NCBI GenBank assembly: GCA_000437215.1
Contig: FR898645.1
Location: 9,979-73,978, forward strand
Length of the DNA stretch: 64,000 bases
Reading direction: 5' to 3'
Source of the DNA: Clostridium sp. CAG:440
Lineage (GTDB): Bacteria > Bacillota > Clostridia > TANB77 > CAG-508
Both the position numbers and the translations under genes were made by a program. Positions 28,802 through 39,821 of this stretch are shown here, piece by piece (positions within the stretch are counted from its first letter, which is position 1; each line of letters opens with the position of its first letter). The notes beneath the pieces were generated by a model that was not told the DNA's origin, did no database searches, and worked only from the letters and a program-made list of their open reading frames with translations.

Positions 28802-29602
28802 ATGAAAAATATAAAAACAAAAATAAGAATGGCTGGATTATCAGTGATAGTTATACTTATTTTTTCATTAAGTGTTGTAAATATAAATACTGTAGCAACA
28901 AATTCTGAAATGTTAAGCAATAAAAAAATTGGATGGGGAATAAAAAGAAATGATAATCATGAGCAACCAGATTTGGGAAAAACAAACCAAACTTTATTAG
29001 AGGAAAATAAAGGAATATGTCTTGGAAGCAATGAAAAGAAAAATATTTATTTAACATTTGATGAGGGGTATGAAGCAGGATATACACCTAAAATTTTAGA
29101 TGTGTTAAAACAAAACAATGTAAAAGCTACTTTTTTTATAACAGCACATTACTTAAATACACAAAGCGATTTAGTTAAACAAATGATAGACGAGGGACAC
29201 ATTGTGGGAAACCATACTGTTAATCATAAAAGTATGCCAAGTTTAACACAAGAGCAAATAAATAGTGAAGTTATGGATTTGCATAAAGCAATATATTCTA
29301 AATTTGAATATGAAATGAAATATTTAAGACCACCAATGGGAGAGTATAGTCAAAAAACATTAGCAGTAACTAATTCATTGGGGTATACAACAGTAATGTG
29401 GTCTTTTGCGTATGAAGACTGGAACGAAAAATCACAACCTGATGAAGAAAAATCTAAACAAAAAATTTTAAACAATGTTCATAATGGAGAAATTATGTTA
29501 TTACATGGAAACTCTAAAACAAATACAAATATATTAGATAGCATAATTAAACAAATAAAACAAATGGGCTATGAATTTAAAAGTTTGGATGAATTTGAGT
29601 AA
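28802..29602 (+). CDS. pdaA: Polysaccharide deacetylase, PdaA-like spore-cortex delta-lactam enzyme
   Basis: Signal/TM segment, then IYLTFDEGYEAGYTPKILDVLK..ATFFITAHY..GHIVGNHTVNH. Confidence 0.65.
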   Translation: MKNIKTKIRMAGLSVIVILIFSLSVVNINTVATNSEMLSNKKIGWGIKRNDNHEQPDLGKTNQTLLEENKGICLGSNEKKNIYLTFDEGYEAGYTPKILDVLKQNNVKATFFITAHYLNTQSDLVKQMIDEGHIVGNHTVNHKSMPSLTQEQINSEVMDLHKAIYSKFEYEMKYLRPPMGEYSQKTLAVTNSLGYTTVMWSFAYEDWNEKSQPDEEKSKQKILNNVHNGEIMLLHGNSKTNTNILDSIIKQIKQMGYEFKSLDEFE

Positions 29603-29620
29603 AAGAAAGGTTTTAAAAAT

Positions 29621-29899
29621 ATGAAAAAACAAAGAAAAAAAAGAATGGATAAAATGTTAGAAATTCCAAAAGAAGTATATTCTAATATTCCAAAGCTTAG
29701 TGTAACTGGTTTTGAAGAAATGGTAATAGAAAATTATAAAGGAATATTAGAATATGAAGAATTTTTTGTAAGAATAAGTACACATATAGGAATTATAAAT
29801 ATAAATGGCTACAATTTAAATTTAGAAACAATGACAAATGATGACATAAAAGTTACTGGGAAAATTGAAAGTATAGAAATCGAAAGATTAGTAGAATAA
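29621..29899 (+). CDS. yqfC: Sporulation protein YqfC
   Basis: Contains LEIPKEV..PKLSVTGFEEMVIENYKGILEYEEFFVRIST. Positioned upstream of yqfD. Confidence 0.8.
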   Translation: MKKQRKKRMDKMLEIPKEVYSNIPKLSVTGFEEMVIENYKGILEYEEFFVRISTHIGIININGYNLNLETMTNDDIKVTGKIESIEIERLVE

Positions 29900-29910
29900 A
29901 GGAGTGTAAA

Positions 29911-31096
29911 ATGCTAATAAAAGTAATTTTAAGTTATATTTTAGGTTATGTAAAAATAGCAGTAGAGGGCTATTATTTGGAAAGATTTATTAATATTTGT
30001 AATAGTAAAAAAATTACAATATGGAATTTAAAAAAAGATAAAAATGTTAAATTATATTTAAATGTTAGAATTCAAGATTTTAAAACAATAACTAAAATTG
30101 CTAAAAAAACAGGGTGTAAAGTAAAAATAAGTAAAAAGTGTGGTTTACCATTTTTTATGAATAGATACAAAAAAAGAAAAATATTTGCATTTTTTTTAGG
30201 TATAATTATAGTACTTACTATAGTTAGTTCTAACTTCATATGGAATGTAGAAATTAGAGAAGAAGATGGAAAAAATATAGAAAATTTAGAGCAGGATTTA
30301 GAAGAAAATGGACTAAAGGTTGGAGAATTAAAATCAAAAGTAGACACAAAAGGAATAATAAATAAAATACGATTAAAAAGAGCAGACATAGCATGGATGG
30401 GAATAGAGCTAAAAGGAACAAACGCAATAGTAAAAGTAATAAAGGCAGATGAAAAACCAGAAATTATAAATGAAGAAAATTATTGTAATATAGTTTCTAA
30501 TAAAGTTGGAGTAATAACAAAAATAAATGCTCAAAATGGAACTGCAAATGTAAAAGTAGGAGACACTGTAAATGTTGGAACAACTTTAATTAATCGGGTG
30601 GATGGAAGGAAAATACACAGGAATTAGGTATGTACATGCAAAAGGAGAAATAGAGGCAAAAGTATGGTATACCAAAAACCAAAAAGTGTACTTTAAACAA
30701 ATAAAAAAAGAAGAAACAGGAGAGCAAGAAAATAAGTATGGAATAAAAATAAATAATTTTGAAATAAATTTTAATAAAAAGCTTTCAAAATTTAAAATTT
30801 ATGATACAATAAACGCAGAAAAAAAGTTTAAAATATTTTCAGATTTTTATTTACCAATTTCAATTACAAAAACAACGTATAAAGAGCAAAAAAATGTAGA
30901 AAAGACGTATCAAGTAGAAGAAGCAAAAGAACAAGGAATAAAAGAATTGGAAGAAAGTATAGAAAAAGAAATTGGAAATAAACAAAACATTTTAAACAAA
31001 AATGTAAATGTCTATCAAAATGAGGACAGTATAGATGTTTATGTTACATATGAAGTACTTGAAAATATAGGCACTAAGGAAAAAATTGTATTTTAG
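29911..31096 (+). CDS. yqfD: Sporulation protein YqfD. The frame is broken at in-frame CGG 30595-30597.
   Basis: Begins MLIKVILSYILGYVKIAVEGYYLERFINIC. ORFs 29911..30627 and 30602..31096 join as ..VGTTLIN then GWMEGKYTGIRYVHAKGEIEAKVWY. Confidence 0.85.
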
Positions 31097-31101
31097 GAAG
31101 G

Positions 31102-32334
31102 ATGATGCAAATGGAAGAAAGAAGCCTTAGAATAACAGGAGCAGATAGAAATTTTTTTAATAAAATATCAACAACATTAACAAAATTATTAATACCTACA
31201 AAAATAGGAATTAATGGAATGTTAATTTCAATGAAAAGAAATAATTTATTAAAAGCATTTGAAAACTACACAAAAGAAGATAAATCAAATTATGATGAAG
31301 AAGAATTAGAAAAAAAATATGAAACAACATATACTGCTTATTTAGAATCATTAGATAAGTATGTAATGGATTCAATATATAAAAAAGTAAAAAATAATAC
31401 AGCAAGTGAGTTTGAAAAAAATGCATTATCTAAATATTATGAAGTAACAAGTTTAAAAGAAAGTGAATATATGGAATACAAATATAGAAAACAAAAATAT
31501 TTACTAGAATTAGACTATGAAGGAATTGTAACAGGTGGAAAAGAAAAGTTAATTGAACGTTATAAAAAATTTTATATAAACAAAATGGATTCTATATATA
31601 AATCTATACTAAAAAATTATTCTATAAAACTTGCAGATTCTACAAATGTGTATGATGCGACAAAAGAATGGATATATACAAAAATATTTTACACATTAGA
31701 AGAATATATACAAAATATATTGGCATTAAAATTAAAAAATAAAACAGAAGAAAAATTTGAAGAAATAAAAGAAGATTATGAAAAATATGAAAAATACACA
31801 GTAGGTAAACTAGATACAAAAGATAATATAGAAAAAAATACAATATTATTAGGAATAAGTAGAAGACTATTTACACATAGTTTACCACTAGTTGTTGCAG
31901 AACAATGTTATGAAAAATTATTAAAAGACGCAAGATCACTAGTACAAGATACAAAAATTGCAACCAAAAGAGAAAAAGCATATAACATGTTAATAAATTT
32001 AATAGAAGATTACAATATAAAATTGCTATCTAGTAAAGTATATTGGGAAAATGCAAACAAAAGAGAAGAATATAAAAAATTCTATGAAAAATATAAAACA
32101 ATTAGTAATTTAAAAGAAACAGACTTTGAAGAATACATTAAACAAAAAGAAATATTATTTATAAAAAAAGATTTAAAAAGCCTTAGCGGTGAAAAAATAG
32201 ATTACTCAAAACTTGAAAAATATTATAAAAGAAAACTAGTAGATTATGGAGCAATAAGAGAAATAAAGAATTCTTATAAATCTGAAGGAAAATACATAAA
32301 AGTTGAAGGGAAGCATTGTACATGTATGAAATAA
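31102..32334 (+). CDS. Lys/Glu/Tyr-rich hypothetical protein (410 aa)
   Basis: Long uninterrupted ORF in operon position between yqfD and ybeY. No motif recognised. Confidence 0.5.
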   Translation: MMQMEERSLRITGADRNFFNKISTTLTKLLIPTKIGINGMLISMKRNNLLKAFENYTKEDKSNYDEEELEKKYETTYTAYLESLDKYVMDSIYKKVKNNTASEFEKNALSKYYEVTSLKESEYMEYKYRKQKYLLELDYEGIVTGGKEKLIERYKKFYINKMDSIYKSILKNYSIKLADSTNVYDATKEWIYTKIFYTLEEYIQNILALKLKNKTEEKFEEIKEDYEKYEKYTVGKLDTKDNIEKNTILLGISRRLFTHSLPLVVAEQCYEKLLKDARSLVQDTKIATKREKAYNMLINLIEDYNIKLLSSKVYWENANKREEYKKFYEKYKTISNLKETDFEEYIKQKEILFIKKDLKSLSGEKIDYSKLEKYYKRKLVDYGAIREIKNSYKSEGKYIKVEGKHCTCMK

Positions 32335-32795
32335 CATATTTAGATATAGAAGAAAATCCAGAATATGAACAAATAATAAAAGATGTTATAAAAGAATGTT
32401 ATAAAGAAGAACACTTAGAAAATTCAAAATTAACAGTTCAAATAACACTAACAAACCCAGAAAACATAAGAAAATATAACAAAGAATATAGAAAACTTGA
32501 CAAAGAAACAGATGTACTTTCATTTCCTATGTTTGAAAGGGACGAGTTAGCAAAAAAAATTAAAAATCAAGATTTTAAATATGAAGATATTTTAGGAGAT
32601 ATGGTTATTTCTATTGAAAGAGTTAAAGAGCAAGCAATAGAATATGGACACAGTTTTAAAAGAGAATTAAGCTACATGGTAGTACATAGTTTTTATCATT
32701 TGATGGGGTATGACCATATAGAAGAAAAAGATAAATTAGAAATGAGACCCAAAGAAGAAAAAATATTAGAAATACTTGATATAAAAAGGAGTTAA
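32322..32795 (+). CDS. ybeY: rRNA maturation endoribonuclease YbeY
   Basis: Contains HSFYHLMGYDH (HxxxHxxGxxH zinc motif) and DVLSFPM. Confidence 0.9.
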   Translation: MYEITYLDIEENPEYEQIIKDVIKECYKEEHLENSKLTVQITLTNPENIRKYNKEYRKLDKETDVLSFPMFERDELAKKIKNQDFKYEDILGDMVISIERVKEQAIEYGHSFKRELSYMVVHSFYHLMGYDHIEEKDKLEMRPKEEKILEILDIKRS

Positions 32796-32797
32796 GT

Positions 32798-33847
32798 ATG
32801 AGAAAAAAGAAAAAAAGTGGGACAAGAGTTTTAATTACTTTTTTAATAATTTTAATTATTGTGTCAGGAGCATATTTGGCATGGAAAATAGTTAATGATA
32901 AAAAAGAAGCGGGAGTAGAAAGCTTTAATGAAGAAGCACAAGAACAAGGACAAGTTGTAGAAGAAAACAAGGTTAAAATTTATTCCGGAAAAGATAGGCC
33001 AATTGCAGTTATGATTGATAATCATAACTTAGCATGGCCACAAGCGGGACTAAATGATGCATATATGGTTTATGAAATAGTAGTAGAGGGTGGAGAAACA
33101 AGGTTAATGGCTTTATTTAAAGGAAAAAATATAGAAAAAATTGGACCAGTTAGAAGCTCAAGACATTATTTCTTAGACTATGCTATGGAAAATGATGCAA
33201 TATATGTTCATTTTGGTTGGAGCCCACAAGCGCAAAGTGACATTTCTAAATATAAAATTAACAATATAAATGGAATATCAGAAGATGGAACAACATTTTG
33301 GAGAGTTAAAGATAAGTCAGCACCACATAATGCTGTAACAAGCACAAAAAAAATAATGGAAAGTGCTAAATCAAAGAAATATAGAACAACAAGTACAAGT
33401 AGTAGTGTATTAAATTATGTAACAGATGAAATATTACTAGAAGATGGAATAGAGGCAAATGAAGTTACAATACCACATTCACAACTTCAAACTGTAAAAT
33501 ATGAGTATGATAGTGAGCAAAAAGTATATGAAAGATATGCAAGAAATAAAGAACAAAAAGATTGGACAACAGGTAATATGGTAACTACAAAAAATATTAT
33601 AATTACATTTTGTGATAATTATGAACTAACAGATTCAGAAAATAAAGGAAGACAAGGATTAAAAAATACAGGAACATTTGATGGCTATTATATAACAAAT
33701 GGTAAAGCTATAAAGATAAAATGTATAAAAGAATCAAGAAATGAAAAAACTAAATATGAAGATTTGGAAGGAAATGAAATAAAAGTAAATGACGGAAATA
33801 CTTTTGTAAACATTTGCCCTAAAAATGCTGATGTTACAATTGAATAG
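32798..33847 (+). CDS. DUF3048-family (YerB-like) secreted or membrane-anchored protein
   Basis: N-terminal TM, then RPIAVMIDNHNLAWPQAGLNDAYMVYEIVVEGGETRLMALF. Confidence 0.65.
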   Translation: MRKKKKSGTRVLITFLIILIIVSGAYLAWKIVNDKKEAGVESFNEEAQEQGQVVEENKVKIYSGKDRPIAVMIDNHNLAWPQAGLNDAYMVYEIVVEGGETRLMALFKGKNIEKIGPVRSSRHYFLDYAMENDAIYVHFGWSPQAQSDISKYKINNINGISEDGTTFWRVKDKSAPHNAVTSTKKIMESAKSKKYRTTSTSSSVLNYVTDEILLEDGIEANEVTIPHSQLQTVKYEYDSEQKVYERYARNKEQKDWTTGNMVTTKNIIITFCDNYELTDSENKGRQGLKNTGTFDGYYITNGKAIKIKCIKESRNEKTKYEDLEGNEIKVNDGNTFVNICPKNADVTIE

Positions 33848-33856
33848 GAGGAAAAA

Positions 33857-34192
33857 ATGAACGTTTATGATACAGCAAATAGATTGGCCAGTGAAATAAA
33901 ATCATCAGAGGAATATGTGAATTATAAAATGGCTAAACAAGCAATTTCTTTAAAACAAGAATTAAAAAATGAAATAGAAGAGTTTGAAAAATTAAGATAT
34001 CAAACTCAAATACATGTAATGCAAACTGGAAAAAATGACGAAGAAATGCTAAAAAAAATGCAACAAATGTATGCTAAATTAATAGAACAGCAAGAAGCAA
34101 AAAAATATTTTGATGCAGAAAACAAGTTTAATATATTAATTGCAGATGTAAATAAAATAATAGGAGAAAGCGTAAAAGATTTGCTACAATAA
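33857..34192 (+). CDS. YlbF/YmcA-family regulatory protein
   Basis: 111-aa helical protein, MNVYDTANRLASEIKSSEEYVNYKMAKQAI. Confidence 0.65.
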   Translation: MNVYDTANRLASEIKSSEEYVNYKMAKQAISLKQELKNEIEEFEKLRYQTQIHVMQTGKNDEEMLKKMQQMYAKLIEQQEAKKYFDAENKFNILIADVNKIIGESVKDLLQ

Positions 34193-34243
34193 AAAAGTTT
34201 GAATTGTTAAATTTAAAAAATAAATTTAACAGGAGTGATTTTT

Positions 34244-34934
34244 ATGGAATATTTAATCTTAGCAATAGTTATTATAGTATTGGTATTAATGTTAAAGTTT
34301 ATTTTTAAATTTAACATTAAAGAAATAAAAGAAATAGGAGTTAATAAGAAACTAGATGAATTAACTAAAAAATTTCCTGAAAACACTGAAATTTGTAAAT
34401 GGTATTTAAAAAAATTAAATAATACTACAACAAAAATACAAGAAAATTTAGAAAGCAAAAATTCAATGTATATTGCAATTACAGACAAAATTATAATTGC
34501 AAATATAAAAGAAAGTTATACAAGAATACAAACAATTGCACATGAATGTTTACATTCTGTACAAGATAAAAAATTACTATATTTTAATTTTATTTATACA
34601 AATATATATTTAATATATTTTATAACAATAACGATACTTGCATTATTTAAAATACTACCATATAAAATGATGTTTTTAACATTATTGGTATTTATTCGGA
34701 TTAGTATATTTTTTAGTTAGAGCATATTTAGAAAATGATGCAATGATAAAAGCAAAATATTTAGCCAAAGAATATATGGAAGAACAGAAAATATTAGAAC
34801 AAAATGAAATACAAGAAATTGTAAATGAATTTGAAAAATTAAATAATGTTGGTATAAAAAGTACAAATTATTCGCTATTTTTAGGCATTTGCATAAAAAT
34901 TATAATTTTTTTATGTATATGTTTTATAATATAG
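34244..34934 (+). CDS. Membrane protein with an HExxH motif (putative zinc metallopeptidase). The frame is broken at in-frame CGG 34697-34699.
   Basis: Contains IAHECLHSVQD. ORFs 34235..34720 and 34743..34934 join as ..LTLLVFI then GLVYFLVRAYLENDAMIKAKYLAKEY, with no stop in between. Confidence 0.55.
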
Positions 34935-35000
34935 TTGCAATTTAAAAATTTTTATGTTAAAATAATCAAGTAAAAAAGGAAACCGTGGGGAGGAAAACAA

Positions 35001-35249
35001 ATGGCAGTAGTAAGAACAATATTAACAGTATTATTTTTTGTAATAGGAGCAATAATAGTAATATTAGCATTTATGCAAACAAAAGAAGATGAGGGATTAT
35101 CTTCTACAATAACAGGTTCATCAACAAACAATTTTTATGAGAAAAATAAAGCACGTACAAAAGAAGGAAAACAAAAAAGATGGACAAAAATATTATCAAT
35201 TGTATTTGCAATAATAACAATAGTACTAGGAATATTATATATGGCATAA
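35001..35249 (+). CDS. secG: Preprotein translocase subunit SecG
   Basis: 82 aa, two TM segments, with GLSSTITGS in the loop. Positioned upstream of rnr. Confidence 0.8.
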   Translation: MAVVRTILTVLFFVIGAIIVILAFMQTKEDEGLSSTITGSSTNNFYEKNKARTKEGKQKRWTKILSIVFAIITIVLGILYMA

Positions 35250-35306
35250 ATTAAAAGGGCGGTTTTTATAAACGTCCTTTTTTTAACTAAAAATTAAGGA
35301 GAAATT

Positions 35307-37247
35307 ATGAAAAAAAATAATTATTTAGAAGGAATATATAGAAGAAATGCTAAAGGGTTTGGATTTGTAAAGGTAGAGAATATGGAAGATGAAATATATA
35401 TATCAAAAGACAAATCTAAAAATGCATTAAATGAAGACAAGGTATTAGTAGAAATAATAGAAGAAAAAAGCGAAAATAAAAAGGCAGAAGGAAGAATTGT
35501 AGAAATACTAGGAAGGCAGAAAGATACAATAGTTGGAATTTTTCAAAAAAGTAAAAACTTTGGCTTTGTTGTGCCAGACAATAAAAATTTTGGTACAGAC
35601 ATATTTATTTCAAAAAAAGATTGTGGAAAAGCAAGAAATAACCACAAGGTTTTAGTAAAAATAACTAAATACCCAAAAAAAGGTAAAAATGCAGAAGGAA
35701 AAATAATAGAAATACTTGGAGGAGTTAATGAAGCAGGAGTTGATATGCTTTCTTTAATAAAAGAATATGATCTTCCATATGTTTTTCCAAAAGCAGTTGT
35801 AAATGAGGCTAAAAGTAAGGGAAATAAAATAAATGAAAAAGATATAAAAAATAGAAAAGACTTAAGAAATGATATAGTTTTTACAATAGATGGTCAAGAT
35901 GCTAAAGACTTAGATGATGCAGTAAGTGTAAAAAAACTAGAAAATGGAAATTATAAATTAGATGTTCATATTGCAGATGTTAGTTATTATGTAAGAGAGA
36001 ATAGTTTACTAGATAAAGAAGCACAAATAAGAGGGACAAGTATATATATGCTAGGAAGAGTTATACCAATGCTTCCAAGAGAACTTTCTAATGGTATTTG
36101 TAGTTTAAATGAAGGAGAAGATAGATATACGCTTTCTTGCACAATGGAAATTAATAGCAAAGGAAACGTGGTTTCATCTGATGTTTATAAAGCAGTAATA
36201 AATGTTACAAAAAGAATGAATTATCATGATGTTCAAGCAATTTTGGATGATTCTAATAAAGAGATAACAAAAAAATATAAAGATTATATTAGCAATTTTA
36301 AACTAATGGAAGAATTAGCAAAAATATTAAAAAATAAAAGAGCAGAGCAAGGCTACTTAAATTTAGACATTCCAGAAAGTAAAATAGATTTAGATATAAA
36401 TGGAAGAGTAACTAATATTTCTAAGTATGAAACAAGTTTTGCAAATGAAATAATAGAACAATTTATGTTAAAAGCAAATGAAACAATTGCAGAAAAATTT
36501 TTCTGGCTTGATGCACCATTTATATATAGGGTACATGAAGAACCAGATATAGACAAAGTAAAAGAATTAAATAAATTTTTATATAATTTTGGTTTAAAAG
36601 TAAAAATAGTAAATGAAAAAGTTTACCCAACAGAATTTGCAAAAATATTAGAAGAAGTAAAGCAAAAAGATGAAGAAAAAGTTGTTTCTAATTTAATATT
36701 AAGAACATTAAAAGTTGCAAGATATGAATCAGAAAATCAAGGACATTTTGGAATAGCAAGCAAATATTATTGCCACTTTACTTCACCAATTAGAAGATAT
36801 CCAGACTTATTTATACACAGAATAATTTCAAATTATTTGGAAAATAAATATAATGTAAGTGATGAATTTAAAAATGAATATAAGGCAAAAGCTGAGCAAA
36901 GAGCAACAAGTTCTTCAGATAGAGAAAAAATAGCAACAAAAGTTGAAAGAGAAAGTGAAGATATAAAAAAGGCTGAATACATGGAAAATAAAGTTGGTGA
37001 AGAATATGAAGGAATTGTTTCATCAATTACTCAATTTGGAATGTTTGTAGAATTAGACAATACAGTAGAAGGCTTAATTAGATTTGAACATTTAGGAAAT
37101 GAATATTTTATATATGATGAAAATAGAAAAATCTTAATAGGAGAAAAATCTAAAAAAACATATAAAATAGGAGATAAGGTAAAAATAAGAGTAATAAGTG
37201 CAAGTAAATTATTAAGGCAAATTGATTTTGAAATTATAGAAAAATAA
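35307..37247 (+). CDS. rnr: Ribonuclease R
   Basis: Cold-shock-like N-terminus (GFGFV), an RNB domain (TIDGQDAKDLDDAV, HFGIASKYYCHFTSPIRRYPD) and a C-terminal S1 domain (GIVSSITQFGMFVEL). Confidence 0.9.
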   Translation: MKKNNYLEGIYRRNAKGFGFVKVENMEDEIYISKDKSKNALNEDKVLVEIIEEKSENKKAEGRIVEILGRQKDTIVGIFQKSKNFGFVVPDNKNFGTDIFISKKDCGKARNNHKVLVKITKYPKKGKNAEGKIIEILGGVNEAGVDMLSLIKEYDLPYVFPKAVVNEAKSKGNKINEKDIKNRKDLRNDIVFTIDGQDAKDLDDAVSVKKLENGNYKLDVHIADVSYYVRENSLLDKEAQIRGTSIYMLGRVIPMLPRELSNGICSLNEGEDRYTLSCTMEINSKGNVVSSDVYKAVINVTKRMNYHDVQAILDDSNKEITKKYKDYISNFKLMEELAKILKNKRAEQGYLNLDIPESKIDLDINGRVTNISKYETSFANEIIEQFMLKANETIAEKFFWLDAPFIYRVHEEPDIDKVKELNKFLYNFGLKVKIVNEKVYPTEFAKILEEVKQKDEEKVVSNLILRTLKVARYESENQGHFGIASKYYCHFTSPIRRYPDLFIHRIISNYLENKYNVSDEFKNEYKAKAEQRATSSSDREKIATKVERESEDIKKAEYMENKVGEEYEGIVSSITQFGMFVELDNTVEGLIRFEHLGNEYFIYDENRKILIGEKSKKTYKIGDKVKIRVISASKLLRQIDFEIIEK

Positions 37248-37256
37248 GATATTAAT

Positions 37257-37292
37257 AAAAAACTGGGATTGTAAGAAAATCCCAGTTTTTTT
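37257..37292. terminator. Bidirectional rho-independent terminator
   Basis: AAAAACTGGGATT-GTAAGAAA-AATCCCAGTTTTT. Confidence 0.75.
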
Positions 37293-37479
37293 ATCTTGTT
37301 AAAACCATAATGTTAGCCAAAAGCACAACTAAAGAGGAAAAAATTATAACACAAATTCCACCACTTTTATTATTTTCATTATTTATTTCATATATAGCAT
37401 AAAAAATAGATTTAACTAAAATAATTATACTTATTATAAAAAAGATTATATTAAAAATAATATGAAACATAAAAAACAC
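37291..37479 (-). CDS. Small two-TM hypothetical protein
   Basis: 62-aa hydrophobic ORF downstream of the ger operon. Weak support. Confidence 0.3.
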   Translation of the reverse strand: MFFMFHIIFNIIFFIISIIILVKSIFYAIYEINNENNKSGGICVIIFSSLVVLLANIMVLTR

Positions 37480-37496
37480 CTTCCAAATAAATTATT

Positions 37497-38720
37497 TTAA
37501 GTTTCTGTAATTAACAGGCTTGATTGTATAGAAGTATTTACATCAACATCAAAAAAAGAGTTTTTAAAATTTTCATGCCAATTGTAATTAGAAAAATCTT
37601 TATTTGTCAAAAAATTAGATAATGCATATTTTCCAAGTCCACTAATATCTGACTTAAAATCTTTAGCTGTTTTATATAAATAATCAGAAAAAACAGACTC
37701 TATATAACTATTACAAGATTTAGAAATTGCATTTAAAGTATTTTCATTTAAATAGTTAGAATTACTAGTTAAAGAGTGTATTCTTCCAGAATAATCTGCT
37801 TTAATTTTAATGTATGGGGAACCATTTACAATTTTTACACTAACATCAATATCTTTATTTGGGGTTATATAAATATCAATATTTTCATTAGAGTTTTCAG
37901 GTGATGGAACTGTTACATAAAACCCTTTAACTTCATTTTTTATATTTAAAAATGCAAGACATTCTGAAGCATTTAGCTCACCAATTAATTTATCAGATTT
38001 AAATACAGCAAGACCAATATTTTCGATGGCACGTTTACCAGAAACTGTAGATTCATTTGATTTTTGGCTAGAATCTTTTTTAGAATTTATAGAAGATGTG
38101 TTATCAGAATGTTCTGTATTTAACCCACCAAGTATAGCTGTTGGTTCACAAAGCTCACATTCTAAGGCATTAAAAAAATCGCCAATTGTAGTATCTGCAG
38201 TATAACCTGTATAATCACTAGAACTTGGAAAAACCTCATAGTATTTAGTTATTAAATTCTCAAATATGGGTTTAGAGTTTTCTATATAATATTGAGCACT
38301 ACATTTGCTAACAATTATATTGGCAGATGGCCTAATTTGGGTATCATTAATTAATGAATATATTTGGCTAGCTATTCCATTATTTGCAATTTCTTCAGAA
38401 AATACAATTACTTTACAATGTGATAAATTAAGTTTTTTTCCAATATAAGTGTTCATTAAATTTATAGCATTATTTAAAGAAGAAGCTTCTACAGTATTTA
38501 TTATTGTTGGGGTTTGTTCAGTTTTTCCAGATTCAGAAACACTTGAAACTTTTGCAAATTGAAAGCTTATATGATAATTATTATTGGTAGATGTATCAAA
38601 ACCAATAGCTACAACATAATCTAGATTTGCAATATTAAGAAAACTATATGAAGAAGAAAAGGCAATTAATAATAAAATTATTACAATAACAGATAAAATT
38701 CTTATAATTATATTTTTCAT
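37497..38720 (-). CDS. Ger(x)C-family spore germination protein
   Basis: Third gene of a gerA-type operon, with the right size and an N-terminal anchor. The start overlaps the preceding gene's stop. Confidence 0.75.
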   Translation of the reverse strand: MKNIIIRILSVIVIILLLIAFSSSYSFLNIANLDYVVAIGFDTSTNNNYHISFQFAKVSSVSESGKTEQTPTIINTVEASSLNNAINLMNTYIGKKLNLSHCKVIVFSEEIANNGIASQIYSLINDTQIRPSANIIVSKCSAQYYIENSKPIFENLITKYYEVFPSSSDYTGYTADTTIGDFFNALECELCEPTAILGGLNTEHSDNTSSINSKKDSSQKSNESTVSGKRAIENIGLAVFKSDKLIGELNASECLAFLNIKNEVKGFYVTVPSPENSNENIDIYITPNKDIDVSVKIVNGSPYIKIKADYSGRIHSLTSNSNYLNENTLNAISKSCNSYIESVFSDYLYKTAKDFKSDISGLGKYALSNFLTNKDFSNYNWHENFKNSFFDVDVNTSIQSSLLITET

Positions 38721-39821
38721 TTTGAATTACCTACTTTCAATTTTTTTCTTTCTTTTAAATTCGCAATAATTAGAATTGATAAACCTAAAATAAATACTAT
38801 TCCTATTACAAAACTGCCATAAAAATTACTTGCAATTAGTTCACATATTGCCATATTGTTTGGAAGTAAGGAAACACCTAAAATTAATAATACAAATATA
38901 TTTGCAATAGGTTTTATATCTTTTATATTAGTTAATTTTTTAAAAATTCCAATAGAAATAGTAGTACAAGTACCTAGATAACTTGCAAATGCTAAAATCC
39001 AAATAAGTAAAGATAAGGATTCAAGCCTTTGAAAAAATGTTCCAAAATCAATATGTCTTGCTGCAAAATATAAAGGCATAATTTCATTTGCAGAAACAAG
39101 AGATGTAAATATAAAAAGAATAATTGAAACACATAAAATTAAATAAATACCTATTACACATACAGAAATAATAGAAATTTGCTTTAGTTTTTTAGGGTCT
39201 TTTAGCAATGGTGGTAAAAAGTATATATACGCAATTCCTCCAAAAGCACTTAAGTTAGTAAGTCCTAAAACAAATGTTGAAAAGAATCCATTGCCTAAAA
39301 TGGGAAACATTCTTTGTGGTACAAAGTTTTCTAAATTAAATACAAATAAGGCAACAATACTAACTAGTGTAAGTGGAATTATAATTAGATTTGTTTTGTA
39401 TACAGAACTTGGACCAAGTCTTATACTTATACACACTGCAATTACAAACAGCAAAATTATAAATAAAATATCTGTAAGAGGGAAGTATAGAATTTTTAAT
39501 CCTTCACAAAAGTTTCTTAATAATAAACTAGAGCTTGTAATAAAGTGAAAAATAAATACAGCCCCAACAATATTTTTAAAAACTTTACCACCTAAATTTT
39601 CAGATATATCAACAATATCTAACCCAGGAAATTTTTTTAATAAAAAGTAAATAAGGTAGGCCAAAGCCATTGCAATAATAGTTAAATAAATTAAATTCAA
39701 AATTGTAGATGAATTAGTATTAAAAATTAAAATTCTTGGAAGTGATAAAATTGTATGAGCAACAACAATTGTTAAAATACTCATTATTGCTTCTACAGTT
39801 CCAATTTTATTATTTCCCATT
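38717..39821 (-). CDS. Ger(x)B-family spore germination permease
   Basis: About 10 TM helices. GGAGGTGATAAAA precedes ATG 39821 (MGNNKIGTVEAIMSIL). Confidence 0.8.

Noticed and set aside
37248-37500. Looked for smpB and ssrA (tmRNA) downstream of rnr, where they usually sit in Firmicutes and where they would bear on rescue of ribosomes stalled at CGG
   Set aside because: rnr is followed by a terminator and then the convergent ger operon, with no smpB or tmRNA-like sequence here. Absence from this position says nothing about the rest of the genome, so no claim is made.
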